A DNA stretch of 64,000 nt from Antechinus flavipes (Eukaryota), in NCBI RefSeq assembly GCF_016432865.1, contig NC_067399.1:20336001-20400000 (forward strand). The letters run 5' to 3'. Positions 13,130 to 26,293 of the stretch are shown one piece after another. A program made the position numbers and the translations under genes. Position 1 is the first letter of the stretch, and each line of letters begins with the position of its first letter. The notes beneath the pieces were generated by a model. The model had not been told where the DNA came from and did not search any database. It saw nothing but the letters and a program-made list of their open reading frames with translations.

Positions 13130-13841
13130 TAGGCCAAGAGAACAGGAGAACAGCATGCCCCTGATTCGATAGAAGTCTAAGGCACTATCTTTGTCCCCTT
13201 CTCTCCATGATCCTTAGGTGAGACAAGTCAGGGAGAACAGGATTTCTCTTGTTTCTTCCACAGAATCAAAGGTGATGCTCTCTGCTATGATGTCCCCCAG
13301 CTTCTCAGGACTGCTCCTCACATGCTTGCTGCTGCCAGACCTGACACAAGATGAGTCCTACAGAAAAACCCCGGAGATTTGGATATATTCACAGGGAACA
13401 GGAGGGGCCTGGACAGCAGCAAGGCAGGCACCATGGGACAGAGAAATGGTTGGGGGTTTGTAGGGTTCAAAGACTCTGCCTAGCTCTTATAGAGAGAATG
13501 TGCTAGGTGTGGAAGGGGGCTGGTGCTGAGGAATCCCAGCAGCAGCAGTAGGAATGGTAGCATGTGGAATTTTTAGAGAACAGAATAAATCTCTTGAGGG
13601 ACTGGGGCTTGAGAAAGATGCTCTTCATCTGTTTAGGGTGGGATGTAGGGGAGGTAGTGGAAGGTGTTTCACTATTTCACTATTTATTTATTCTCCAACC
13701 ATCTCCCTGCCTAATCCTCTGTACTCAGACCATAGGTAATGATGGAGTAGGAATGTCCTTTATCTCTGCTAAGCCTGAGAAAAGAGTTCCCCAAGCAGAA
13801 CCAGCTCAAACTATTGTGTGAATCTGATTCCTCATCAGTAG
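13130..13841 (+). pseudogene. REG-A-like unprocessed pseudogene
   Basis: Exon-2 homologue 13264-13350 (MLSAMMSPSFSGLLLTCLLLPDLTQ) with donor GT>AT; exons 3-4 deleted; exon-5 homologue 13729-13841 with in-frame TAA (13770) and TGA (13776); no TATA, exon 1 or exon 6 found. Confidence 0.88.
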
Positions 13842-15699
13842 AGCTAGAGAAAGAAAGACACTTCCATTTCCACTATCCCATGCCATTCTCTTCCCTCTGG
13901 GCTGTATGAACCCCTAGATTCATGGAGGCATTTCCTTCCTAGATTATGGCAAGAGCAGAAGCAACTAATAATGGAGGCAATGGAGTTCCAAGCATAAAAG
14001 GATTAAGGTCTTCAGGGAATGGCTTCTGTCCAAGGCAGCATGGTGGTTGATGAGAAATACGATCAATCAACATACTATAAGCCAGCACTTTGCTAAGGGA
14101 TGGGGATACAAAAAGAGATGAAAGACAGTACCTTCCCTCAAGGAGTTAACTGAGGCAACTATAATAGATCAACAGAGGAATCTACATCTCAAATTGCTGA
14201 GCCTCAGAGAGGGAAAGGAGGGCAGTGATGGTCATCTAGTACAACCAGCACTTGAAAAAGAAGTCCCAACAGAAGGTCCCCACCAAGTAGTCCTCCAGCC
14301 TTGGTCTGAAGATGTTAACTGAGGGGAGAATCTGTCATCTGGGTTTGGACTGGGCACATCTCAAGACTCTGCCCATATTTGCCTTTTTGTACCACCAGCA
14401 CCTTAGCACAGTACCTGGCATATAATAAATGCTATTTATATTATATATATTATTACATATAATATATAATAATAATATATATCATTTATTTATAATATTA
14501 TATTATATACAATAAAAATTATTTTTGAAGCTATACCAATGATATGGTAAAAGCAAAAGAGAGAAAACATCCTGAATGAGAAATGGGGATATACAAGGTA
14601 GTACAAGGTACTACCTTGGGTACAAAGTAGTATTGACTTCTATCCTAGGAGACAAATTTTAAAGAGGAATAAAGACAAGTTATAGAGTATATAGAAAAAG
14701 GCAGCCTGCAACCCCCAATTGCCAGTAGACACCAAGCACTTGATGAGGGACATGCAAGGCAGGCTTGCTCCTGGTGATTACTGATGTCCTTTTGCACCTC
14801 TTCCACTTATCAAATCTTCTACTCTTAGAAATATTTTAAACAATTAGTTGACATATACCTGAAAGAGAGATGAGAGACCAGCAGTTGGCTGTGTCCTGTT
14901 GCTCTGAGTTTGCATAATTGTGATGTGTGTGCACCATCCTGAACTTGGGCAGTGGGGAGCTATTGGTCTCATGTGCACTTCCTGATTTCCTTAGCTTTTT
15001 TTCCCAGGAACTTAGTCTGGGCTAGATTAGGCATCTGGTCCATTCTGTTCTAAACTAAAAATGTCTCGTTAATACTGACCACTTGTTGATTGTGGTTCTC
15101 ATTCAACACCTTTGCCACTATATTTCTTAGCTAAAGGATTGAATATAGAGATAATATATGTTGGTATTTTCATTCTCTTTGTTCACTTCTGTTCTTAGGA
15201 TAGTACCCACACCCTTTTTCTGGATCTGATCCTCCCCTTTCAGGGCTTTGTTGGAACCTCACTCCTTCCTGGGGACATATGTTCTCCTTTCCTATTCCTA
15301 ACTCCCTAGACTATTGGAATGGGGCAACAGGAATCCTTCTTATTCAGCATGTATCCCCCTAACAGTCTGATGAGTCTATGGACTTCTCAGAATGTTTTCA
15401 AATAATTAGAGGAAATACTAAATTTCAGTTAGATGTTAGTAAAAAATAAAAATAAAGCATATTTCACACAATCTTCTTGGGCTTGTTTCCTTAAATGTGA
15501 AATGGGGGGGGTTTGAACTAAATGGTCTCTGAAGTCTTTCCAAGTTCACGTTCGATGATCTTAGGATCATATGAGAATGAACCAATTCTATGCTCCTGAG
15601 AAATCTTTGACCTTGCATGCCAGGAAGAAGGCATTGCCTATGCCAGCTCCTGAACACTTCTTGGAAGAGAATCGTTCCCATGTCCAATATCATCTCATC

Positions 15700-16756
15700 C
15701 CTTGTCATCACATGCACTTTGACCCTTTATTATCTACTCTCACTTCATCTGCCTTGTTTTGGTTCCTCCCTTTCATTCCCTGTTCATATCTGTTTCCCCC
15801 TCTAGTTTATTCTTTAAAGTATCTGTCACTTCCTGGTCATATATACCATCCTACAGTCCTTTAACCCAGATAAACTGGAGTTGAAGAGATCACTCCATGT
15901 CATTCAGGCCATTCCTTATGCTGGGATAGGGAATGAGCCATTTTAACTTTGAAGAGAAAGCTGCTAGGAGGGAAGGTTGTCAGCAAAAGCTATCCTAGAA
16001 AATGTATGACAGGATGTGTCTCTGGTTCCTGTGCCATTAAGCTTTTTCCCAACAGTGTCCAGGAAGAGGAAGGGCACAAAAGAGGGATTGTTATCAATTC
16101 TTAAAGCAAAAAGAAGAAAAATAAGAAAGATCTTTGTTCTTCCCAATTGTAAACTTCCTTTCTCTGGTCCCATCTCTAAATTAGGGATATCTTTTGCCCT
16201 AATCCTATGCTCCCTCCCTTCAGATTCAGAGACAATGCTGCCCTGGATGATGTCCCCAGACTTCTTAGGCCCTCTCTTCACTTCCCTGCTGGTCCTAAGC
16301 CAAAATTCAGTGGTTGAGAATTAAGCAACTACAATGTGCCAAGTACTGAGGCAACAGGTGCGTCCCTCCCTCCAGGGTCTTCCCACCACCTTCAGCACCA
16401 TGTTTGAGGACAGCTCTCAGAGTGATGAGAAACCTAGAGAGAAAAGAAAAGGGGGAATGGGAAGGAGTTGGATCCAAGAAGAGGGAAAACAGAGGCTAAA
16501 TCTAGGTCTTTCTTATCCCTACTCATCCTGTCTCCCCAAAGCTTCCCAGGGTTGGTCTCTGACCTCCTTCCTCCTCTCCATTGCTAATAACTAAAGCCTT
16601 CTCTACTTCTCCCTTATAACTTAATTGTCAGAATCTGCCATGGGGCCACCTAGCATCCCTGCCAAATGAAGCTGAAGCTTCCTTTGTGGCCCCCATAATT
16701 GCTGAGAATGTGGCAGCTGGGGCTCCATCTGGATAGGCCTTCACAATTTCCTGAAG
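15700..16756 (+). pseudogene. REG-B-like unprocessed pseudogene
   Basis: TATA>TTTAAA (15813); exon-1 donor GT>AT (15870); exon-2 homologue ATG 16235-16310 (MLPWMMSPDFLGPLFTSLLVLSQNS) with no in-phase donor; exon 3 deleted; exon-4 homologue 16620-16756 (CQNLPWGHLASLPNEAEASFVAP...IWIGLH) with acceptor AG>AA and a -1 frameshift. Confidence 0.85.
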
Positions 16757-16927
16757 GTTTGATGCTTGTTCTCTCCTCTCTTTCTGCTCAAAAGCATACT
16801 TTGGATGGGGGGGAGGTTCTGGTCCTGCATTCCAAATGATACCCTGTCTCTATCTTTCCTCTTTGAGTACTGGGACTATAGGTGAAAAGAAAAAACTAGA
16901 AGGATATCCATCAGGCAAAGGGAGGGG

Positions 16928-17220
16928 NNNNNNNNNNNNNNNNNNNNNNNNNNNNNNNNNNNNNNNNNNNNNNNNNNNNNNNNNNNNNNNNNNNNNNNNN
17001 NNNNNNNNNNNNNNNNNNNNNNNNNNNNNNNNNNNNNNNNNNNNNNNNNNNNNNNNNNNGNNNNNNNNNNNNNNNNNNNNNNNNNNNNNNNNNNNNNNNN
17101 NNNNNNNNNNNNNNNNNNNNNNNNNNNNNNNNNNNNNNNNNNNNNNNNNNNNNNNNNNNNNNNNNNNNNNNNNNNNNNNNNNNNNNNNNNNNNNNNNNNN
17201 NNNNNNNNNNNNNNNNNNNN
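16928..17220. other. Assembly gap (N run with a single g at 17060)
   Basis: Run of n directly 3' of the REG-B-like pseudogene. Confidence 1.
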
Positions 17221-17649
17221 GTGACTGAATTTGGAGAGCAGTCCCATGGGGGTCTTTGAGCTCTCTGCCCCTCTCCAAAGGTTCATTTCAGAAGTTATAT
17301 CCAATTCACTCAGTTAAATTTAGTGAACACTAGAGCAAAGGAGAAGCCTGGCTTTTCAATTCCAGCTGGCTACTCTTTCGCCCCAGTTCTCAGCAGAGTC
17401 TCTGCAGTTGTCATTTTCCTCTAATAAAATATAAGCTCTATGGGGGCAGGAACTGTTTTCAGTTATGTCTTCATGGGCCCAGCACTAGGCACAATGCCTG
17501 TAACAGGGCTTTTAATCAAAGCTTCTTGAATAGAATTGAAGCCCAGAGGTTTCTGACCCCACCATAGGCGTCATTGAATTTCCAATATCCCAGCAGCACC
17601 CACTTTGCAACAATTTGTAAACTTCTTAAGAGCTAAGGAATCTCATGGT

Positions 17650-17860
17650 ATTCTGGAGCTGGCCCTCCAGAGCTGATTGTTAAATGTCCAGTGTGATCGT
17701 TTATACCTCGGAAATCACTAACCCTATACATCAGGCCTTGATTTGTTTTTTTGTTAATAATGCAGATTAAAAATAACACATATTAAACTTTAAAATGTTT
17801 TATACATTTAGTTAGTCCTTAAAGTTGGTTGTTAAATATTTACAAGCCTATTATTGGTTT
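17650..17860 (-). mobile_element. Ancient non-autonomous hAT-type DNA transposon (Arthur1/Tip100-like)
   Basis: Reverse complement matches the copies at 58320-58515 and 62398-62605 (caaatcaag.cctg...gatttc.gaggtataaa...cactg..atttaacaatcagct); family name from memory. Confidence 0.55.
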
Positions 17861-19099
17861 TTACTATTTACTTCCCTGGAACTCTTCCATTTTCTAGTCC
17901 ATGAATGAAAAAATAATGTGCTTTCTCAGCTCCTAATAGGTTCTGAACTGAGAACTAAATTTCCAGATTAGCACCTGTCTTGAGGCTGGGAAAAACAGTG
18001 TAGTCAATGAAAATTGTCTGCCTTTGGAAGTAGTTGGATACAAAGACTGAATGGGATCTATGGATTATGTAACCGAGTCATTTTTCTCCTTTTATTACCA
18101 AAGTATGTCTTTAAAATATCAATAAATTTCCCCCAACTAGTTTTGGAGGCACTTAGCTAGTAATAAAACCATTGGATGAAGTCAGTCAATGGGGATTGTG
18201 AGTATAATTTTGATTGCAGAGCAAAGATGTTAGCATTTATATGGTATTTACTTTAATGACAACCAATACATTAAGCACTTTTTACAAATACTGTCTCATT
18301 TGATCCTTATATAATCTTGTAGGTTAAGTGCTATTATTATCCCCATTTTACAGTTTGGAAAATTGAGGCAAACAGCAATTAAGTGACTTGCTCAGGATAA
18401 CATAGTTTGATCTAGATTTGAGGTCAGGTCTTCCTAATTCCAAGACCAGCACTCACTTTGTGAATTGTAATTCCAGTTGTCTCCATTGAATAGATTGGGT
18501 AATCCATAACAATTCCTAGATTAATGAAGAGAAAATGACACAGACCACAAAGGGAGAGATCAAAAGCTGATGTGGTGGGCCATTCATTGAAATTCTTCAT
18601 TCAAGTATTTATTAAGAGTTTGCTATGGATTAATCATTGGGGATATTAAAAAAATCCTCTCTTCAAAAGATTTAGATTCTACAGAGGAAAATCAACAATG
18701 TACAGAAAGGTTAAAACAAATACATATATATTTCATAGATGTGTTTGTACATATGCACACACATATATTAGTGTAAAACAATTTCTGGCATGAGGAGAGG
18801 TATCTGGATGGGTTTTTGATGGGAGATGACAGGTAAACTGAACTTGAATGGAGACTAGGGATACTAAAATGCAAAGATTAAGAGGGAAAGCATTTTAGGC
18901 ATGGGAAGGAGATACTAGCCTATGCAACGGCAAAGAGATGATAAGATGGAGTGTTGTGTGCAAGGAACATCAAAATTGACAGTATGACTGGAATTTAGAG
19001 TGCGTGAAGCACAATAATATACAATGAGCTCCAAAAATGTCAACTGGAGCTTGGATGTTAAGGAAAAGTTTTCATTCATTAATTTGTTTTTTTGTTTTT

Positions 19100-20030
19100 T
19101 CATTCATTCCTTTGTTTTTTTTTTTAACATTATTGTCTTTTTAAACTTTGCATCTCAAATTCTCTCTCTCCCTCCCACCCACTGAGAAGGCAAGTAATAT
19201 GTTAATTATACATGTGGAATCATGAAAAGCATATTTGGATATTAGCCATATTTCCAAAAAAAAGCAAGAAAGATAAAAAATTTTAAATTATACTTCAATT
19301 TGCATTAAGAACATTTTTTCATTGTGGGAATCGACTTAAATCAATGAATTTATCAGAATAGCTAAGTCCAAGGTCCTTTTCAATGCTGAGAGCAGTGATA
19401 TATCTTTTTCAGAAGATAGTGGCCCTAGAGCCGTGGAAATGAAAGATTCTCCGTAAGTGTGCCATGATAACGCATCAATCAATAAATAAATGTTAAGCTC
19501 CTAATATTGCCAGCTAAGTGCTAGAGATACAAAAAGAAGCAAAAAAATAGTTCTTGCCCTAAGGAGCCTACAATTGAACAGCATATTCTCTCTGTTTGCC
19601 CTTCCACATGGGTATCCTATCCCCTATATTTGAGAAATAAAGTCTTTATCAGAGAAACTTGCTTTAAAATTTTTTTAATATTACTTCATTGGCTATGGTA
19701 ACATTTACTATCATGTAACTTCCCTAGTTATCTCTTTCAATCAGGTCTACTTTTGTTTTTTAGTTTGTCTGAGATCATGATTGCTAATCCTATCCTTTTT
19801 TTTTTTTTTAGTTTTTTTAGTTGAAACATATGAAATTCTGCTCCAGCCTTTTATTCTAACTCTGTCTCAAATAGTCTCCTGTAAACAATACATTGTCAGA
19901 TTCTGGTTTCTAACCCATTCTGCTGTCCATTTCCATTTTAAGGTAAGTTCATTCCATTCAGAGTCACAGTTATGATTACTAGTTGTATTTCCCTCCATTC
20001 CATTATCTTCTGTTTCTTCTCTGAAACAAA
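19100..20030 (-). mobile_element. Antisense L1 fragments (3'UTR 19100-19370; ORF2 piece 19620-20030) with MIR/L2 bits
   Basis: Reverse-complement L1 3'UTR and endonuclease-region strings. Confidence 0.6.
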
Positions 20031-20732
20031 AACATCTTTCTCATATACAGACCCTTAGACAGGCTATGGCAGTTTCAAGGCAACCACTCAAAATCATAGC
20101 TGAGTCCGTGTCAAACCCAGTGGGTTTTCCCTTACTAGTCAGCCAGTAGATGCACAGTGCAACGTGAAGGGGACTTAATGGAATAACAAATAATCACAGA
20201 AGCTACAGAATACGTACTGTACAAACTTGGGGCCCGCTCTCTCACAAATACATGTGCTGACGGGAAAAATGGGCTTGCTTTGGGTTCATAGGGGGTGGGA
20301 GGGGACATGCATAGGGAACATGTGAACCCAGGGAAGAAATCTGGAGGAAGACCCAAGTACAGAACGCCATGTCTAAGGTACAAATGTAAGAGACCGGGCA
20401 CCTGGGGAAGGGCAAATGCAGAGAATGCGTACTGCTGTTCGATTATAACTCCCTGGGGCAAGAACTGTTTTTGCATCTTCAGCACTTAGTGCAGCACATG
20501 GCACATACTGGGAGCTTAATGTTTATTTATTGATTGATGTGTTGCCATGACACATTTATGGAGAACCTCCCATTTCCACTGCTCCAGGGCCACTAGTGCC
20601 ATTGGCCACTGGCCAATATCTTCTGATAAAGATATCTCACCACTCTCAGCATTGAAAAGAATCTGGGAAAAGATCTATTGTTTCTATTTGACATGGCGGA
20701 TGTCTAAACTCTAATTCTCCTTACGCCTTCCC

Positions 20733-20880
20733 ATCTCTCTATCTGTCTCTGTTTCTCTTTGTCTCTCTCTGTCTCTCTCCATCTTTGTCTCTCTGTGCCT
20801 CTATCCATCTATCTATCTCTCTTTGTCTATCGTCTGTCTCTCTGTTTCTCTCTGTCTCTCCTCTCTGCTTCTCTGTTTCT
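20733..20880. repeat. (TC/TCTG/TCTA)n compound low-complexity tract
   Basis: Visible pyrimidine-rich tandem units. Confidence 0.85.
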
Positions 20881-22214
20881 TTGACTCTTTTTTTTTCCTT
20901 CTCCTTAACTCCCTCCCTTTCACCCTCCATCTTTCTCTTCTTCCCCACCTTCACCACACTGTTCTCGATGTTGCCGCTTCCTAAGCTTTCTTCATGTCTT
21001 TACTTGGTCTAATCGCCTTCTGAGCCTATAAGCAGGACACTAAGAGGTCCCACGGATCAAAGGATAGAAGGCCAGATTCACACTGGAAGAGAAGTCAGAA
21101 GGTAGAATAATAGGGACATAAACTTAGAAATGGAAAAATATGTACATGAGACAGATGGGTTCACTAAAGAGGGACTTACCTTAGAGGATCCAGGGCCCAT
21201 TGTGTGACCAGGCCCACATAGGAACCTAAAATTACAGGTGGAGAACCTCAATCTGGAATTCTCTGAATTTGCAGAGAGCTTTTTCTGCTGAGGAGAGGAC
21301 CAACTTTATCCACCAGTCTGCCATTATCATTCCTGCTGGTTTACATAGATAAGGACAGAGGGATCATCAATAGAGGGGAGACTTCCTGGGGTTACTTCTG
21401 GAGAAGCCTTCAGGAAAACTAAATAAGAAGTGGAAGGCAGGACTCCTGGGGGTGAAACAGGATAGAGCCTTTCTTATCCAAGAGGATGGGGAGTAGAACA
21501 GAAATTCAACAGGCCATGACAACATAAAGGCAGAAGGGAAATGTGACTGGGATCAGCTGAGAAGGGGGGGTATCCGTACTCATAAGGAAGAACAGGAAGT
21601 TCTAGAAGGGTCTGAAAAGCCCCCCAGGCCTGTCAGCAGTACCCAGCTTAACAGGAATGGAGCCAGAGCTTGTTTAAGGAAATATGTCTTTAGTTGTTGC
21701 TAAGGGCAGTACACCAGAATCTAGAACTGGAATCCAGAGACTCGGTTTCAGGTTTGAACTGTACCACTTCATAGCTTTGCGACTTGGGGAGCCAGATGGC
21801 TGTCCCATCTCCCTCCCCTGGAGCTTCCTCCATTTCTGCAGAGCCCCCTAATCAATAAACACTCATTATGGGTTCTCAGCATCTGCATCATTCTGAATTC
21901 TCATTCACACTCCACATTCACAAGAAGCTGCCCAATCTCTTCTTGTTTGTCTCTATATTTTTTCACTATAGAATCTCTCACTCAGGCTTCTTTCTTTCTA
22001 CCCACTTCCACCATGGAAATTCAAGCCTTTCATCAGGGGATTTTGGTGTACTCCCCTAAGCGATCTACTTATAGCTAAGAAACCTATTAGACATAATGCT
22101 AGATTGGAAGTCAGGAAGACATGAGTTCAAATCCAGCCTCAGACCCTTACAGTCACTTCATCTTTGCTGCCTTAGTTTCATCATCTGGAAAAGGGGAGAA
22201 ATAATATCACCTAA

Positions 22215-22760
22215 TATGCACATAATGGAATATTATTGTTCTATAAGAAATGATGAGCAGGCTGACTTCAGAAAAGCCTGGAAAAATTTTACATGAACTG
22301 ATGTTGAGTGAAGTGAGCAGAACAGGAGAACATAGTGCACAGTGACAGTAAGATCATGTGACGATCAACTGTGATGGATGTGGCTTTTCTCAATAACATG
22401 ATCAAAGATAATTATACCCTTAGACTTAGGATGGAAAATGCCATCTGCATCCAGAGAGAGAACCATGGAGACTGAATGTGAATCAAAGCACAGAATTTAC
22501 AACTTTTTAGCTTGTTTTTTCTTTCTCGCGTTTTTCCCCTTTTGATATGATTTTTCTTGTACAACATGACAAATATGGAAATATGTTTAAAAGAATTGCA
22601 CATATTTAACCTATATCAGATTTCTGACTGTCTTGAGGGAAAGGCAGGTAAGGGAAGAAGGGAGAAAGATTTAGAACACAAAGCCCTACAAAAATGAATG
22701 TTGAAAACTATCTTTACATGTATTTGGAAAAATAAAATCAATATTAAAAAATTTTTTAAA
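22215..22760 (+). mobile_element. L1 ORF2 end and 3'UTR, preceded by a SINE head at ~22100-22210
   Basis: IMEYYCSIRNDEQADFRKAWK followed by 3'UTR and A-rich tail. Confidence 0.85.
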
Positions 22761-23933
22761 AATAAGATCACCTATCCTTTGGGTTTTTTGTAAGGATCAA
22801 ATAAGACAATATATGTAAAAGACATTTGCAAGCTTTAAAACACTACAGAAAGATTAGCCAACAATTGGGGTTGAGGGACTTGATATAGCTAGGAAGTGTT
22901 AAGTGTCTGAGGTCAGATTTGAACTCAGGTTCTTCTGACTTCAGGGCTGGTGCTATTCTGATTAATTCTTCTCCCACTCTAACCCACTCTTCACAAGGCT
23001 GCCAAAGTGATTTCCTAAAGTGCAGTCATGCACTTTTGTACTGGAATGACCTCTAATGCCTTTCTAGGGTCTCCAATATCATGTATTTTTTTCATTTCAA
23101 GCCCTTTCCACCTGGCCCCCATCTCCCTTCCAGACTACTTGCATATTACTCATTTGCTTTACGAAACCATCCAACTAACATTTTTGCTCTTCCTCAAGGG
23201 TGATACTCTTACTTTCCGCCTGCCTTGCTCCTTTGCTCTTATGTTCCTAATAATGCTTTTTTTAGAATTTAGGTCCTTTAGTCTCCTCCACGGCTCAGTT
23301 CATGTCACTTTCTTCCCAAAGCTTTTCCTTATTCCTAGACCATCATGCTGCTGCACTGACTGCCCCACCCCCCATCACCTTGTATCTAACTAAAATAGGA
23401 AGGCTATTTGCCATATAGAATACAAGTGTCTTAAGGGCAAGAAATATTGTTGTATCCCCAGAATCTAAAAACAGATAGGGAGGTGACAGAAACAGAAGAT
23501 GGCCAGAGTGGGAGCTGAGAATGAGACTGCTCAGAAATAGCATCATCTTGTCTAAGGAGGATGAACCTGGTTGTCCAGGAGACCCATGGAGAGCCATGTG
23601 TTTGTGATAGACACAGCACAGCAGGGGAGAAAGGAGAAAGTGGATTAATATAATGGAGGCAGAAATGATGCCGTGTAATGGCCAGTCCAGGTTCCCAAAG
23701 GAAACTCAAGGTCATCAAGTCTCCCAAGCTACATGAGTCATCGGTTTCACTCAGCTCACTTCTAGAAGATTGTATTCTTTGCTAGTTGCCACGTTGGAAT
23801 GGAATCTTAGTAAAGGTGACTAAGAGACAGCAATAAGTGGCAATTGGTACCCAAAGACATGTCAAGAACGTGCTCAGGGGTCTCAAGTTCAGTGGAAAAC
23901 CCTCTCTCTCCCAGATGATAAAAGACATGTCCT

Positions 23934-24222
23934 GTACTAGACTACCTGCCATCTAGGGGAGGGGATGGGGGAAAGGAGGGGAAAAGTTGGAATAGAACAT
24001 TCCAAAGGATCAATGCTGAAAAATTACCCATGCACATGTTCTGTCAATAAAAAGCTATAATTTAAAAAAAGAAAATATTCATGCCAATTATGACTTATGA
24101 TTTATTATTTATGTCATAATAAGTGCATTAGCATTTGGGGGTAACACTATGTGCTTTTATAGTTTCACTATATGTAATATATGTGTACATATATAAAACA
24201 TTTAAAATATGATTTTAAAAAA
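23934..24222 (+). mobile_element. Short L1 3' end plus ~145 bp 3'-transduced sequence, with 17-bp TSDs
   Basis: gataaaagacatgtcct at 23917-23933 and 24223-24239; L1 tail to ~24076, then non-L1 AT-rich DNA ending in aaaaaa. Confidence 0.75.
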
Positions 24223-24427
24223 GATAAAAGACATGTCCTCTTTAAAAGAGGGGTCTCTTATAGGTGGTAAATATTGCATCCTCTTAGATATTTTTAATTT
24301 CTTTTATTTTTGTCTTTTGTTTTATTTAATGTCTTTTATTTTGGCACCAGAGTGCACAAAGCACTGTGTCTGGAGTCAGGAATATCTGTGTTCAAATCCA
24401 GCCTGGGAACCCTGGACAAATCACATT

Positions 24428-24595
24428 CTATGGTCCGCAGGCCAGATGCGGCAGCTGAGGACATTTATCCCCCTCCTCCAGGGCTATGAAATTTCTTTAT
24501 TTAAAAACAAAGTTTTTGTTTTTACTATAGTCCGGCCTCCAACAGTCTGAGGGACAGTGAACTGGCCCCCTAGTTAAAAAGTTTGAGGACCCCTG
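24428..24595 (-). mobile_element. OC1/OposCharlie1-type hAT MITE (one TIR truncated)
   Basis: Minus strand begins caggggtcctcaaactttttaactagggggccagttcactgtccctcagactgttggaggccggactatag, which I recall as the OC1 non-autonomous terminus. Confidence 0.75.
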
Positions 24596-26293
24596 ACATA
24601 ATCCATTTGTCGCAGCACTGCTTTTCTTTATGACAAAGAAGGACACGATATAGGAAGGAATTAACAGTTAATGTCTATGGAGTAAACCATGAAAGGTATC
24701 AGTAAGACTTTAACAAGTGTCCTTCATTCTTGAGGAGAACTAATGACATCACAATGGTGATAGCTTAACATGGGAGTGAACTGGATCTGAGTGAGATGGA
24801 GCTACACAAAGCTCACATTTCCCTCCAGAGGCAGAGAGTCCTGAACTTGGAGGTGTGAAGGCCCGAATTCCAGCCCTGATTCTTGTTAGTGTGTCTGAAT
24901 CCCTTCACTTCTGCTCTGAGCCTCAGCCTCCAAATCCAGAGAAGGGGCACGAGAATACTTGTAATATCTACATCACAGGGTAGTTATAAGGCTCAAACAA
25001 AAGAACACACTTAAAAGTGCTTTGAACTGACATGCAAAGGCCAGGGATTGTAATATATATAATATATAATCACCTCACAAGATGTGCCCTGAGTTTCATT
25101 CCTGGCACTGTAAAATTCTTGGTGTCATATTATTGCTGCTGGATGACACAGACTAGGTAATGTCTAGGCATTTACCAGTAAGTAATCTTGGACAAGTCAT
25201 TCTAATTTTAGTTTGTCTCAGTTATCTCTTCTGTAAATTGGGCATAATAATAATAATAACAATAATAATAATAATAATAACACTTACTTCCCCATGATGT
25301 CGTAAGAATCAAATGAGATAATCAGGGTAAAGGACTTAGCACAGAGCTTAGCACATAGTAAGTGCTACATAAATGTTAACTATTAGTTATTATTGCAAAA
25401 AAAGAAAGTTTTGAAATAATTTAAGATATTTTTATTTACATAGCATAGTAGAATGGTTAGTATAATACTCACAAAGCAAACAAAACTTGTCTGTTACCAA
25501 TATATCTTAACCTCAAAATATGTATTGGAAAGAATTCAACAAAATGGTTGCTCTTTATTGGGAGGCAATTTTGTGTGTGTGTGTGTGTGTGCGTGTGCGT
25601 GTTTGTGTGTTTAAATTCTCCTTTAATATTGCCAACTTAAACACTGACAATGCTATGGTTATCACAGCAAAGAACATCGTTCCATGAGTAAATGAAAAAA
25701 AAATCGCAAAACCAGTTACTGTCATAGAAGATTTACCCTACATTGATCCAATGAATCAATCAATAAACCCTTACCAAGTACCTACCATGTGTGGTAAGCA
25801 TTGAAAATACAAAGACAAAAACAGGCTCTCTCCATGTTCCCAAAGGAGATTGGATTGTGTGTATGAGAATAAAGTAGCTGTCCCATACCTGGTTCAGATT
25901 GTTCATTAAGAACAGTATCTTTAATACCCTTTTTAATACCTGTGCCATTGCTAACTACCCACAATCTGGATCATTATTTTCAAACAAGTCAGCTGGCGGG
26001 AGGGAGACCATATGTTATACAATCACCCATAAATCACAACCTCTTCATTGGGAGACAGTCTGCATTTGTGTCTGGAAGCAACACTGAGTACGTAGACTCT
26101 GGCATATACTACTAATAATAGCTAATATTAATATAGGATAGTTAGGAATTAGAGAATTGTATGAACTGGTACAGAGGGGAGAAATCAGAACCAGGGAAAC
26201 AATAAATAACAATGATTAGAACTTTGTAAATAAAGGCTCAGCAACAACAAAAACCAAAGCTAGTACTGTGCTATTATAATAAATGGGTTTAGC

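Noticed and set aside
19407-19462. Exon-like ttttcag...gtaagt segment with tggaaatg, resembling REG exon 5
   Set aside because: The match is only ~10 nt, there is no downstream REG homology, and it sits among L1/MIR debris.
20060-21870. Possible LTR/ERV pieces or a further REG fragment
   Set aside because: No terminal repeats, PBS/PPT, retroviral ORF motifs or REG exon homology that I could verify by eye.
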